From a virus: a stretch of DNA of 64,000 bases. Location of the stretch: positions 1 to 64,000 of the IMG/VR virus record IMGVR_UViG_3300047678_000431. One strand, written 5' to 3'. The notes under the pieces are model-generated. The model made no database searches. It was not told the origin of the DNA and was given only the letters and a program-made list of their open reading frames with translations. Below, one piece after another: positions 46,884 through 57,235 of the stretch. Each line of letters opens with the position of its first letter. Position 1 is the stretch's first letter. Both the position numbers and the translations under genes were made by a program.

Positions 46884-49220
46884 ATGGCTGAAGCGATTGT
46901 CAAACTCGCGATCGCGGACGCTGCGACGGCTCGCATTCGCACGATTGCCGGTGAACTCAAAGACCTTGCAAAAGCGGCAAAAAGTGCCGGTATGCCGGAC
47001 GCGGCCGTCCTCGGACGAGGCGCCTCGCAGTTGCGCAATGTTGCGGACAACTTCGGTTCGGCAAAACGTGAGGCCGACGCCGCCGCTGGCGGATTCTCGA
47101 AGGCGAAAGAAGCTCTCGGCGCGTTTACGAATTCTGCCGGTCTTGGTTTTGCGAAGAGTTTCATCGGTCTTGGTGGCGCGGTTGCGTTTGCGGCCGCTGC
47201 CGGTAAGGTCATCGCTGATTCAATACGCCTCGCATCGGAATTTGAACGCGTATCGCAGCGCGCAACATATTCCCTTGCATTAGGTCGCGGAAATCTTGCG
47301 GCGCAAGTGCAGCAGTTGCAACGCGCGTCGATGGGTTACTCGGCGTATGGCATGAACGGCATTCAGGCCGCCGAGATGATCGGGACCTACGGACAGGCAT
47401 CCGGTGCGACACAAGGTCAGTCGATTGCCGCCGGACGGGGCATCGCGACGTTCTCGCGCATCATGGGCATGGACCCGAGTGTCTACGCCGGGCAAATGGG
47501 CCTTCTCTCGCAATATGCGGGAAAAGACGTCGACGCGAATTCCCGCGCCATTTTCGGCGCGGCGCAATCGGCTGGTGATGCCGGTCGGCGTCCGACGGAG
47601 TTGCTCGGAAACGTTGTCAATCTTTTGACGCAAATTCAGGCATCGAACCCATACGGGAAAGATGGATTGAAATCGGCTCTTTCCGAAGTTGTCGGGATTT
47701 CGAATCTCGGTGGTTTCTATCAATCAACGCAAGGTCAACAAAACGCGATGGCAGGTGCGAACGCACTCGGTTCATCAATCGGCGGAAGTCCATACCTTAC
47801 GCGCCTTGCGTTGCGTGCCGGTTTGAGTCTTGAAGACATCCAAATGGGCACCGGCAACATCGCCGACATCTCAAAGATCACGCAAGCGATGTATAAGGAC
47901 ACCGGCGGAAATCGTGCGATCATGGGCGCGCAGTTTTCGAAGATGGGTATCACCGGAAATAACGGCCGAGCGTTGCTCGATTGGGCGATGGCGCATCAAG
48001 GCAATCTCATGGGCGCATCGAGTCCGATGGCGCCCGCCGCCGTGCAAAAGGCCTTAAAGCAGTACCAGGATTCTATTCCCGGTCAGCAAGACCGCATCAA
48101 AGCGAAGTTCGAAAACGGCGAGATCACCGCCGGTGACGCAATCCTCAAGGCAATCATTCCAAAACTCGCGGCGTTGACGGATGCTTTCTCGAATTTCGTG
48201 CATACCTACCCGGTCGCTATGGGCGCGGTCGCTGCCGGTCTTGCGGCCGTTGCGCTCGCTCTTGCATTGCGAGGCAAAGGCGGCCCGGGGCTACCGAGTC
48301 TTCCCTTTGGGGGGAAACCTCCTATAATCCCGGGGGCTGGCGGCGCGGGAGCAGCTGCCGCCGACGGTGCGGCGGGCGGCGGTGTGATTTCAACCGTTGC
48401 CGGTTTTGTATTAAAGCGACTCGTGCCCGTTGTCGGCCTGGTCTTGGCGTTGCGTGGTAATACGGAAACGCAAGCGGAAGATGATTCAGCAATCGCGCAA
48501 GATTCTGCGCGTCGCGATAAATCATTTCGCATGCACCTGAATTCTCCAAGTAGCTCGAAGATAGATCTCAAACGATGGCTGTATGCAATTCGCTCGCGGG
48601 AGTCGGCGAACAAAGCGCATCCGTATGGCGATTATGGCGTCGTCAATAGTATCGGGGCGATGGGTGCCTATCAGTTTATGCCCGACACGCTCATGGGCGG
48701 ATACGATTCAAAACACGTCTGGCATAATGGATATGCGCAGAGCATGGACCCGAAGCTCCTGCAAAAGCTCGGGCGCGCAGGGTTCGCAAAACATTTCCTT
48801 GCCGATCACGACATGCAAGACCGTTATGCCGCGAACATGATACAAAACGGGTTCGCGCAAGGCGTCCGCAATCTTCACGATTACGGTGCGTATCATCTCG
48901 GGGGATATGGCGGCCTCCTAAATCTGCGGCGTGGTCGCGGTGACGATCCGAGATATGGTGACGGTCAGTCGACCTTGAACCAAGAGGGCGACGCGATGGA
49001 CTACGGTTACGCGCACGCTCCTTCGCAATTCATCTCTTATCAGGCGCCGAGTGCTGCGAAATCAAACGCGCATCATCCGGCACATCAAAACGGTCAACAT
49101 CATTCGGCCGCAACCGTTGCGCCCGGTCACGCACATGTCACGGTTCCGGGTGGTCATAAGATCAAGCTCACCGCAACGCTTGAGCCGTCACGTACCAAGG
49201 CAACAACCTATCGCAATTAA
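46884..49220 (+). CDS. tape measure protein with C-terminal lysozyme/transglycosylase-like domain
   Basis: Long Ala/Gly-rich helical protein; AIRSRES...GAMGAYQFMPDT. Confidence 0.85.
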   Translation: MAEAIVKLAIADAATARIRTIAGELKDLAKAAKSAGMPDAAVLGRGASQLRNVADNFGSAKREADAAAGGFSKAKEALGAFTNSAGLGFAKSFIGLGGAVAFAAAAGKVIADSIRLASEFERVSQRATYSLALGRGNLAAQVQQLQRASMGYSAYGMNGIQAAEMIGTYGQASGATQGQSIAAGRGIATFSRIMGMDPSVYAGQMGLLSQYAGKDVDANSRAIFGAAQSAGDAGRRPTELLGNVVNLLTQIQASNPYGKDGLKSALSEVVGISNLGGFYQSTQGQQNAMAGANALGSSIGGSPYLTRLALRAGLSLEDIQMGTGNIADISKITQAMYKDTGGNRAIMGAQFSKMGITGNNGRALLDWAMAHQGNLMGASSPMAPAAVQKALKQYQDSIPGQQDRIKAKFENGEITAGDAILKAIIPKLAALTDAFSNFVHTYPVAMGAVAAGLAAVALALALRGKGGPGLPSLPFGGKPPIIPGAGGAGAAAADGAAGGGVISTVAGFVLKRLVPVVGLVLALRGNTETQAEDDSAIAQDSARRDKSFRMHLNSPSSSKIDLKRWLYAIRSRESANKAHPYGDYGVVNSIGAMGAYQFMPDTLMGGYDSKHVWHNGYAQSMDPKLLQKLGRAGFAKHFLADHDMQDRYAANMIQNGFAQGVRNLHDYGAYHLGGYGGLLNLRRGRGDDPRYGDGQSTLNQEGDAMDYGYAHAPSQFISYQAPSAAKSNAHHPAHQNGQHHSAATVAPGHAHVTVPGGHKIKLTATLEPSRTKATTYRN

Positions 49221-49231
49221 AGGGGGAATTT

Positions 49232-50041
49232 ATGCCGGTCGTTCCTGGCCTTACGGGCGCCATTCCCTCACCTTTGCAGGCAATCGACGACGTCGTCTCG
49301 GTCTATACGACCCGGGCGACGGAGTCGAAGGCGATTATGAATGCGCAGAGCGAGGCGCTCAACAATCGCATCGGACAGGTTGCGTCGATTCTCAATGCGA
49401 CGCCCGTCAATCCACGAATCACACTCACGCTCGAAGGTACGGCGGCAAATAAGAACACGAACGTCGTACCGTTTGCGCCACGCGCACCCGGATCACCCGG
49501 ACGTATCCCGCTTGTGTCGGCAAAGAATCAAGCGGCGCCGAGTATCAATGCGACCCTCGTCTTTGACGTCGTGATGGGTTTCAATGGGTTTGCTCAGAAT
49601 ATTTCGTACACGTTTTCGCCGAGACAAACAACGCACCAAACCGCAGGCGGTTTCTATGTCGACGAGTTTGGTCTTGCGCCGGGGTCACTCGCAATCGACG
49701 TACTCGTCGCGACGACAAACGATCTTCAATCCCAACTTTCGCAATTCACCGCAATCCTAGAGACTGCAAAGAAGGCAAATCCGCTTTCGCCTTCCTTTGC
49801 GCAGGTGTTGCGGTATGTGAATGCATTCGACGGGCGCGCGTTTTTGCTCACGCAAACGCGTCTCGATGTGCGCATGCAAAACGACCGCCCGAATCAATTA
49901 CTTATTTCGCTTTCCGCCGACATCCTCACCGATTACTCGGCATCGCAACAACCCGGCGGCGCCTCACAGGTGGCGACGACAATCAACGGCAGTCAACAAA
50001 CGCAGATTTATCAGTCGATCGCGGATTACGTTTCGGTGTAG
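49232..50041 (+). CDS. baseplate/tube-initiator protein
   Basis: Synteny; QTAGGFYVDEFG motif. Confidence 0.6.
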   Translation: MPVVPGLTGAIPSPLQAIDDVVSVYTTRATESKAIMNAQSEALNNRIGQVASILNATPVNPRITLTLEGTAANKNTNVVPFAPRAPGSPGRIPLVSAKNQAAPSINATLVFDVVMGFNGFAQNISYTFSPRQTTHQTAGGFYVDEFGLAPGSLAIDVLVATTNDLQSQLSQFTAILETAKKANPLSPSFAQVLRYVNAFDGRAFLLTQTRLDVRMQNDRPNQLLISLSADILTDYSASQQPGGASQVATTINGSQQTQIYQSIADYVSV

Positions 50042-50064
50042 AAGAAAAGAGAAGGAGTCGCATT

Positions 50065-51474
50065 ATGACGATGGATTCGTCGATTGACCGTACGCAGGCG
50101 CGCGTAATCGCTATTTGTTTTGACGGAACGGTTCTGCAATTAAACGAGATTGAACAAATCAACGTTACGAAGTCTGATACCGGCGACGCGGGTGAGTTTA
50201 CGATCTCCCTTGCGCTCGGCCTAAATCTTCCCGCTGCCGTGAAATTGCAGCCGATGGATTATATCGCAATCTTTGTCGGCCGCAACTCGACATCGACCGG
50301 TGGTTCAAAGGCGGCGGGCACGAATTCTGATCCGTTTCCGGCCCTTGGTCCGAGTAACGTGCAAGGCCTTACCTATGGGGCCGAAGGCGCGCAGATTACC
50401 AAGACCCTCGGCGCATTCTCCTCGTGTCTCATGATCGGGATGCTTGACGTCGTCCATGAGACGCAAACGTTCCAAGGGCAACCGACGGCGACGCTCGAGC
50501 TTCGGGGACGTGACCTCACGAAGATCTTCCTCGACAACGATACCTTCGTACAATATTCGATTCCCGCGAGTGATCCGAATAATGATAACGGCGTCGCGAG
50601 CCTTTTGCAGATTCCGCTACGGACCGCAACGAGCGGAACGCGTCTTCTCCTCGACATCTTAAACGTCTTTTGTAAAAAGAACCCTCCCTCGATCATCCCG
50701 TATTCGGGCGCAGGCGGCGCGCAAGCCGTTAACACGGCCGGGTATCTCACTGGTGATGCACTTGCGCAAGTGCAGGCGTACGGGTATAACTGGGACCGGT
50801 TTATTTCGACCGCACATCTCGACATCAATTTCGTGAGTCTCTCGTCGGACTTCTTCCCGACGTATTCCGTACAAAGCGGAAGCGTGTGGGCGAATTGCCT
50901 TGAACTTCGGAACTTTCCCGTCTGCCGACTCTATGTCGACGAACTCGGTAATCTCATCTATGACGATCAATACACCGTATGGACGAATCCTGCGATCGCC
51001 GGAACGATTGAAGCGGCCGATGTGCGCAGTTCTGAGTTTTGGCAAACCGACGAAGATCTTCTCACCGCGATCACGGTAATTCCCGCGCTTGCGAACTGCG
51101 CCGTCAGTGAGATCGCGGCATTGTTATCGACGGCGCGATCACGCGTCCCGGTTGACAAGGATACTATCCAGCGATTCGGTTACCGATGGACTTCGTTTGT
51201 TTCGCAATATGATTCCGTCAAGGCATTTCAGACGCTCGATAAACGTTTCAAGGCCCTTTGGCTATTGCATAACACGTTGACGCGCGGGCGCGTTATCGTC
51301 AAAGGTGATGCGAAGTTCCGAGTCGGTCAACGGTATCAGCTGAATTTCGGAGGGGCAAACGCTGCAACGCAATTCCGTTCGTGGTATGTGACAAACACTG
51401 ATCACAATTATCAGTTTGGTTCCGATTACACGACGACCCTTGAATTGCGTTACCCGTTGCCGGTCGCAAAATGA
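50065..51474 (+). CDS. baseplate hub protein
   Basis: GEFTISL, PMDYIAIF, LRGRDLTK, IQRFGYR, FRVGQR, YVTNTDHNY...TTTLEL. Confidence 0.75.
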   Translation: MTMDSSIDRTQARVIAICFDGTVLQLNEIEQINVTKSDTGDAGEFTISLALGLNLPAAVKLQPMDYIAIFVGRNSTSTGGSKAAGTNSDPFPALGPSNVQGLTYGAEGAQITKTLGAFSSCLMIGMLDVVHETQTFQGQPTATLELRGRDLTKIFLDNDTFVQYSIPASDPNNDNGVASLLQIPLRTATSGTRLLLDILNVFCKKNPPSIIPYSGAGGAQAVNTAGYLTGDALAQVQAYGYNWDRFISTAHLDINFVSLSSDFFPTYSVQSGSVWANCLELRNFPVCRLYVDELGNLIYDDQYTVWTNPAIAGTIEAADVRSSEFWQTDEDLLTAITVIPALANCAVSEIAALLSTARSRVPVDKDTIQRFGYRWTSFVSQYDSVKAFQTLDKRFKALWLLHNTLTRGRVIVKGDAKFRVGQRYQLNFGGANAATQFRSWYVTNTDHNYQFGSDYTTTLELRYPLPVAK

Positions 51475-52388
51475 TAGAACAAGGTCGATATAAGAATCAA
51501 AGCTGTTTCAATTATACTGAGACGATTGCCGCGCGCGTGCTGTACTGTTATCAGCTTCCCGATAGTGATACGAAATCACGTGTCTTATATGCGCAATGTG
51601 CCGCCCTCGATGGGCGATCCACGTGGAAGGCACGGGTCGCATCCAGTTTCGGCGTCTCGCGCAATGTTCGCCGTGGCACGATCGTCGCGTTGAGTTTCAT
51701 CTCGGGTCTTTCAAATTACCCCGTCATTATCGGGCACATGCCGAACGAAGAAACGAATCCGGGTTCTGCGAATCCGCTTCCCCCTCCGCATATGACGCCC
51801 TCGGATCAAGTCTACTACCATCCCGAAACCGGCGCGTTTCTCAAGATGAGTTCCGCAAAGGCGACGCCGACGGACCCTGGCCCCGATAACGCTCCCGGGT
51901 TGATCGACATCGAACTTGCGTCGGGCGCTGCTTTCCATTTGAGCGAAAGCGACGATCGGACATACGGGAGCGTGACGCTCAATATGCCGTCGGGTGCGAC
52001 CTTGCAGCTTGCGGACGCGAGTTCGAGTTCGTCGGCGTTCACGTTGACTTTGCCGTCGGGCTTCTCGATGCAAGTCGACGCAAGCGGAAACCTGATGATG
52101 CAATCCCCCGGCACGGCGCACATTGAATCGACCGGCCCGATGACGATTGATTCTTCGGCGAGTGTTGAGGTTTCCGCGCCGTCGGTTGCCTTGAACTCGG
52201 CGAACGTTGCGCTCGGCGGGACCGCCGGATCGGGTCGTCAGCTTGCGTTTCAAGATCAACTGCAAGAAGTGCGAGACTTTCTCGCGGTTCACAATCATAG
52301 CGGCGTGCAGGGCGGCCCGGGAAACACCGGTCCGCCGGTAGGCGCGCCGATCGAGCCGACCGGTACGACGAATACAAAAGCCGTTTAA
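51471..52388 (+). CDS. baseplate spike (P2 gpV / Mu gp45-like)
   Basis: N-terminal OB-fold (GTIVALSFISG...PVIIG); beta-helix repeats; C-terminal HNHSGV iron-binding motif. Confidence 0.85.
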   Translation: MIEQGRYKNQSCFNYTETIAARVLYCYQLPDSDTKSRVLYAQCAALDGRSTWKARVASSFGVSRNVRRGTIVALSFISGLSNYPVIIGHMPNEETNPGSANPLPPPHMTPSDQVYYHPETGAFLKMSSAKATPTDPGPDNAPGLIDIELASGAAFHLSESDDRTYGSVTLNMPSGATLQLADASSSSSAFTLTLPSGFSMQVDASGNLMMQSPGTAHIESTGPMTIDSSASVEVSAPSVALNSANVALGGTAGSGRQLAFQDQLQEVRDFLAVHNHSGVQGGPGNTGPPVGAPIEPTGTTNTKAV

Positions 52389-52397
52389 GGGGATGCC

Positions 52398-53960
52398 ATG
52401 AGGTCACTTCGCGCAGCACTCTTTTTGATCTTTCTCCTTGCGGCCGCAATCCCGGCGACGCTCGTCAATGCGCAATCGGCGACGTATGTCTATGCGCCGC
52501 AGTTTGTCGATGCGAACAATCACCCGCTCGCGGGCGTGACCGTCATTCTCTATAATCACGGCGCAGCGCAAAACCCGGGTAATGTCATCGCATCGGGAAC
52601 AACCGATTCGACCGGTCATCTCTCCCCCGGCGTAACGCTTGAGATCGGCAGTGTGTATGATTTCACAACGTCCTCACCGGCTGTGCCGCAAGGACAGTTC
52701 ACGGCGACGGCTCCGCGTCAATTAGTCTTGATCCCCGGTCCTGCCGGTCCGACCGGGCCGCCTGGTCCGGCGGGATCTCCTGGTCCGACGCTTCCCCCGA
52801 TCACCATTACCGGCACCGGCGGCGCGACGGTCACGCAACCGACACCCGGCGCGTATGTCATTAACGCCCCGACGGCCGCGCCTGCGGGTGCGGGCGTGCC
52901 GACCGGCGGTGGATGCGTCTCGCTGAACGGATCAACGAATCCGAACACGCTGACGAATACCGGATATACATGCGGTGCGTATAACACGGGCGCGTTCTAT
53001 ATCCCGGCCGTCGGATCGTCTGTCGGGATCACGACCGAGCCCGGGAACGCCGCGTTTAATGCGGGTACACCTCTTACGATTACCGATGGTACAAATATCA
53101 TCGACGGGCACGTGACGACCTCGACCTCAAGCTATAGCGCGCAATCGTTTACCTTTACCACCGACCGCATTATCCACGGCACGGCCGGGCAGTTCATGGG
53201 CGCATATTCGCAAATCTCGAGCGGATCGTATTCGTCCGGTATGCCCTTTACCGCCGGTGATGCGAATATCGTTTTCGGAGGCACGCCCGCCGCGCCGACG
53301 TTGTCTCTGGCGACAAGCCCGTCGATCACTGGCACATATTTTGCCCTCGCCGGTTCAAGTGGGACGTTGAACTACGGTATCTATATCGGTGGACCGTCAA
53401 CGGCGAATTTCCCGCATGCAATCGGCATCACGAATGACGCGGGAAACAATACAACGATCGGCGTCGATGATACGCACTCGGTTGCCGGAACGTCGGGAAG
53501 ATGTCTTTCGATTGCGCAAGACAATTCCGGTACTTACAAGGGCGAGTTACTTGGCCTTGATTGTTCGGGGAATCTTGGTATCTTGGGTGCGTACACATCG
53601 GCGTCGAGTCGTCATCTCAAAGACAATATTTCACCCTTTAGCACGGATGAATTGCAACGCGTTCTTCATTCGACCAAGATCGTGAAGTATTGCTATAAGT
53701 CAGAACATTGCAAATCGCATGAAACACGTGAAGTCGGAATCATCGCAGAAGATACGAGTTCACTGATTGCCGGTTCGAAACACGATCATCTTGACGTCGG
53801 CACGATGGCGAGCGTCTCGTTCTCGGCGTCGCAATACAACGACCGGCGAATTGTCGATCTTGAATCCGTCATTCACTATCTTCGCATCGCGATTTTTGGT
53901 CTATTGATCATAAATTGCGCGATCGTCTTCCATCTCTTTTATCGCAATCGAGGTCGCTAA
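52398..53960 (+). CDS. fibre-like protein with signal peptide, collagen stretch, peptidase S74 chaperone domain and C-terminal TM
   Basis: Signal peptide ending VNA|Q; (GPx)6; SSRHLKDNI...KYCYK...GIIAED; hydrophobic IAIFGLLIINCAIVFHLFY then RNRGR. Confidence 0.75.
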   Translation: MRSLRAALFLIFLLAAAIPATLVNAQSATYVYAPQFVDANNHPLAGVTVILYNHGAAQNPGNVIASGTTDSTGHLSPGVTLEIGSVYDFTTSSPAVPQGQFTATAPRQLVLIPGPAGPTGPPGPAGSPGPTLPPITITGTGGATVTQPTPGAYVINAPTAAPAGAGVPTGGGCVSLNGSTNPNTLTNTGYTCGAYNTGAFYIPAVGSSVGITTEPGNAAFNAGTPLTITDGTNIIDGHVTTSTSSYSAQSFTFTTDRIIHGTAGQFMGAYSQISSGSYSSGMPFTAGDANIVFGGTPAAPTLSLATSPSITGTYFALAGSSGTLNYGIYIGGPSTANFPHAIGITNDAGNNTTIGVDDTHSVAGTSGRCLSIAQDNSGTYKGELLGLDCSGNLGILGAYTSASSRHLKDNISPFSTDELQRVLHSTKIVKYCYKSEHCKSHETREVGIIAEDTSSLIAGSKHDHLDVGTMASVSFSASQYNDRRIVDLESVIHYLRIAIFGLLIINCAIVFHLFYRNRGR

Positions 53961-54337
53961 TGTCCTCACCGCAAATTGACGTCGATCCGAATATTACGAT
54001 CATCACACCCGACTCGGCACTTCCACTGCCGCCGGTGATTTCGCAAATCGGTCAGATCACGACGAACGTCATTTGCGTGATCTATCCGCCGACGGTGACG
54101 ACGGCCGCCGCGATCGGTCAGATTTTGCTTTATCGCGCACCGACGCCGCATGGTCCTTGGACCCTCGTCGATCAACGGACGATTTCCGACATCTCTCGGA
54201 AAAACAACCTTTTCGACACCGATCCCCTTTTCGGTATTACGTCTTACTATGGGGCGACGGTCATTGATACCGTCGGAAACGCTTCGACGTTGTCCGTTCT
54301 TCAGCAGATTTCACCCGCCGCATCTTCGGGGTCTTAA
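53960..54337 (+). CDS. FnIII/Ig-like small protein
   Basis: LYRA...GPWTLV, F.D, YYGATVIDTVGNAS. Confidence 0.6.
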   Translation: MSSPQIDVDPNITIITPDSALPLPPVISQIGQITTNVICVIYPPTVTTAAAIGQILLYRAPTPHGPWTLVDQRTISDISRKNNLFDTDPLFGITSYYGATVIDTVGNASTLSVLQQISPAASSGS

Positions 54338-54342
54338 CGTCT

Positions 54343-55155
54343 ATGTCGTTTTTTTATGCGACCGATCCGACGGTCATTGCGGGGATACCGGCCGCAACGA
54401 CGACGGTCGAAAGTCCGATGCTCTTGTCCGTCGGGCAGGCAAGCGGGATCGGGGTTGCCTCGGCGCTCCTTCCTGATCAAGTGACGAATGCGTCGGTTGC
54501 GTCGATGCAGCTTTTGCGTACGCTTCCCGGCGGGATGCAAATGCCGGTGGATACCCGAGACGTCGATCGCAATTCGCGATGGATGAACCTCTTCGATCAA
54601 AACCCGGCCGATGGTCAGATTGCGACATACGCGGTCGTCGCCATTTCTGAAGACGGCACGCAATCGAGTGAATCAAATTCGATTACATACACGGCGTACG
54701 GAAATCCGCCGCCCCTCGCGTCGGCCGGTGGTATTTCAGCGGGGGCGCTTGGGACCTACCCGCTTCTCGGGAGTGATGTCTATATCAACCCGATTTCCGG
54801 TGAGGCCGTCATCGGTCCGAATGGTGACCTCTTGACGGTCAACGGCCTCGCACTCCTCGGCCAGGATCTCAATACGCGCATTCGCACGAAGATCGGCGAA
54901 CTCGTGTTTCACCCGGATTTCGGCCTGTTTGGTGGCCTGATCGGAAGCGGTCAATCCGATCCCGCGACGATGGCAAACACGCTGCGCACGCGGGTCATTG
55001 ACGCGATCACGGCTGACGCGCGTGTCTATCAGCTTGACGAGGTTATCATTGCGCACCCGTATTTTGACGGGTGGCAAATCTCATACCTTGTGTATGCGAT
55101 CGGCGTCGAGGACCCGCTACGCGGAAACCTTGTGTATCCCTATTTGAACGGCTAG
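54343..55155 (+). CDS. FnIII-like domain fused to a baseplate wedge/sheath-initiator (gp25/DUF2634-like) domain
   Basis: YAVVAI..DG..S..SN; GDLLTVNG...QDL..RIRT..GEL.FHPDFG...D.RV. Confidence 0.75.
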   Translation: MSFFYATDPTVIAGIPAATTTVESPMLLSVGQASGIGVASALLPDQVTNASVASMQLLRTLPGGMQMPVDTRDVDRNSRWMNLFDQNPADGQIATYAVVAISEDGTQSSESNSITYTAYGNPPPLASAGGISAGALGTYPLLGSDVYINPISGEAVIGPNGDLLTVNGLALLGQDLNTRIRTKIGELVFHPDFGLFGGLIGSGQSDPATMANTLRTRVIDAITADARVYQLDEVIIAHPYFDGWQISYLVYAIGVEDPLRGNLVYPYLNG

Positions 55156-55175
55156 GCTTCGCGCTTTTTCTCCCG

Positions 55176-55211
55176 TGCTTGCGTGCGTGCGTGTATGCGT
55201 GCGTTCGTGTT
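55176..55211 (+). repeat. tetramer array C, 9 units, intergenic
   Basis: tgct tgcg tgcg tgcg tgta tgcg tgcg ttcg tgtt. Confidence 0.9.
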
Positions 55212-55240
55212 TTTGCGTACCTTCGAAAGGCGGCGCCCGG

Positions 55241-56548
55241 ATGTCGACATCCACCGTTTCAACGACGTTTTCGACGACGAATCCATCGGCGTCGCTGCCG
55301 TCCTATCCGACGGCTGCCGAGATTCTGATCGGTATTCAACAATCGGTTCAAAAACTCAATGGACTTATCACAAATTTCAATGCGGGCGGCGTGACGGAAA
55401 CCTACCTTGAAGGACTCTCGATCCTTTTAGGTTCGGATTCTTCGACGTTGCCGAATGTGACGATCGAGGGGGCTTATGAACTTCTCGCAACCGTGGCCGA
55501 ATCGGCCTATGCATCCACCGCAAAAGGACCGGCACTTGATCTCAAGGGCCTCGATGTCGGCGTTGAACGCAAGCAGGCGACCACCGCGACGGCACCATTG
55601 CAATTCGCTCTTCCCCAACCGGCGACCGCGCCCGGTTATGTTATAGCGGCGAATACCATTTGCAGCGCAAACCCGGCCGACCCGACGCAAGGCCCGATTC
55701 TCTTTCAAACGACCGAGGCCGTCGTCGTCCCGACGGGGCAAACGCTTGCCCCGAATACCGTGCCGAGTGTGGCGATGGTCGCCGGTTCAAACGGTAACGT
55801 CATCGCCGGTGCGATCAATACCTGTATCACAAACGGTCAGTTGATTGTCACGAACCCCGGCAAGGCAAGCGGCGGGACCGATACCGAGATTGACGACGGC
55901 AATGATGGGGGGTATCGCAAGCGCGTCCTTGCCGCGATCCCAAACTCCTCACAATGCACGATCGCGGCCATCGAAAACGATGCGCTCGCGTTTCCGATTA
56001 CCTCGGCCGTTCTCGTAGAAAATACCGCTGACGACGGCGTCACGCGGGAGCTTGGGCGCGGACAACTCTACATCGACGACGGGTCGGGTGATCTCGGCAG
56101 TAGCTCAAACCCAAATTATGCATCGTTTGTCGCATTGCAAAACGCGTTTGATACGGGACTTTACCGCGCGGCCGGAACGCAAGTGCATGTTCGGGGTTCC
56201 GAATCGGTTGCGGTGGTTATTTCGCTTTCCATTACCGCAAGTACGCAAGCGATTACCCTCGGCGCATCCGAGGCGAGTATTGCATCCGATGTGCAGTCGG
56301 CGATTTACTCCTATGTTCAATCGCTTGTGATGGGGCACCCTGTTGACGTTGCGTCGATCGTTGCAATCGCAAAGAATGTCTTGTATAACGGCGGCGATAC
56401 GAATGAGGTCGCAAACGTCAACGTTTCAAGCGTGCTCATCAATGGATCGAATTCTGATTTCACGCCGCAAGTGTATCAGCTTCCGCGCGTGCTCCCGAAC
56501 ATCTCGTCGATCACGGTCAACGTGACCGGCGTGTCTTCCTACGTGTAA
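55241..56548 (+). CDS. baseplate J / Mu gp47-like protein
   Basis: ITNFNAGGV, TAKGPALD..G...GVERK.A, AGSNGNV.AG.I, GGTDTE.D...YRKR. Confidence 0.92.
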   Translation: MSTSTVSTTFSTTNPSASLPSYPTAAEILIGIQQSVQKLNGLITNFNAGGVTETYLEGLSILLGSDSSTLPNVTIEGAYELLATVAESAYASTAKGPALDLKGLDVGVERKQATTATAPLQFALPQPATAPGYVIAANTICSANPADPTQGPILFQTTEAVVVPTGQTLAPNTVPSVAMVAGSNGNVIAGAINTCITNGQLIVTNPGKASGGTDTEIDDGNDGGYRKRVLAAIPNSSQCTIAAIENDALAFPITSAVLVENTADDGVTRELGRGQLYIDDGSGDLGSSSNPNYASFVALQNAFDTGLYRAAGTQVHVRGSESVAVVISLSITASTQAITLGASEASIASDVQSAIYSYVQSLVMGHPVDVASIVAIAKNVLYNGGDTNEVANVNVSSVLINGSNSDFTPQVYQLPRVLPNISSITVNVTGVSSYV

Positions 56549-56563
56549 TCAGAGGGGCGCCGT

Positions 56564-57226
56564 ATGAGCTTTCTTTCGAGCCCGGCATCGTTGCTCGCGC
56601 AATTCTATCCGATCGCGCCATTCAATTTCGAAGCGCCGGTCGATCCCGGTGCAAACGTGCCCCCGATGCAGGCGATCTTACGTGTTGCTTCTGAGCGCCT
56701 CGCGCAAATGGAAAGCGACATTCTGCTTCTCCTCTCGCAAATGACGGTACAAGAGGCCGCCGGTCGGTATCTCGATTTACATGGCGTTCTCTATGGCATC
56801 CCGCGCATCATTGCGCCGAATTATGAACTCGATGGTCATTATCGCGCGCGCATTCTTGCCGGAACAAAGAAGCTCACGATTCCCGCAATTCGCGCCGTCG
56901 TGCAATCGTATTATCGGTCGATCTTACCGGCAAATCAGCAACCGACGGTCGACGTGTATGACTTGCAGAGTAACCCAACAAAGTCGGCCGCCGCAAATCT
57001 CGTCATTTTTCAATTTTGCATCGACGTCGATTTTCAGGTTCTTGCATCAACGGCGTTCTTCTTCGATCGTTCTTATCTTGATACGAACGATTTTCTTATG
57101 GACTCGGGTGCTACGAAAAACACGCCGAGCGACCCGATCCTTGCCGCGATTGTGAACGCGACAAAGGCCGCAAACACGGAACCCGTGTGGATTCAACGTT
57201 TTCACTTTGTCGATTCATACTCTTAG
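56564..57226 (+). CDS. baseplate wedge protein (gpI/gp48-like)
   Basis: AAGRYLDLHG.LYGIPR...E.D..YRARIL. Confidence 0.8.
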   Translation: MSFLSSPASLLAQFYPIAPFNFEAPVDPGANVPPMQAILRVASERLAQMESDILLLLSQMTVQEAAGRYLDLHGVLYGIPRIIAPNYELDGHYRARILAGTKKLTIPAIRAVVQSYYRSILPANQQPTVDVYDLQSNPTKSAAANLVIFQFCIDVDFQVLASTAFFFDRSYLDTNDFLMDSGATKNTPSDPILAAIVNATKAANTEPVWIQRFHFVDSYS

Positions 57227-57235
57227 GGGGAGCCG

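Noticed and set aside
55175-55240. Extended N-terminus of baseplate J (MLACVRVCVRS...) and of the ATPase (61305-61361)
   Set aside because: These extensions are translations of tetramer arrays C and E; better RBS-ATG pairs lie at 55241 and 61304.
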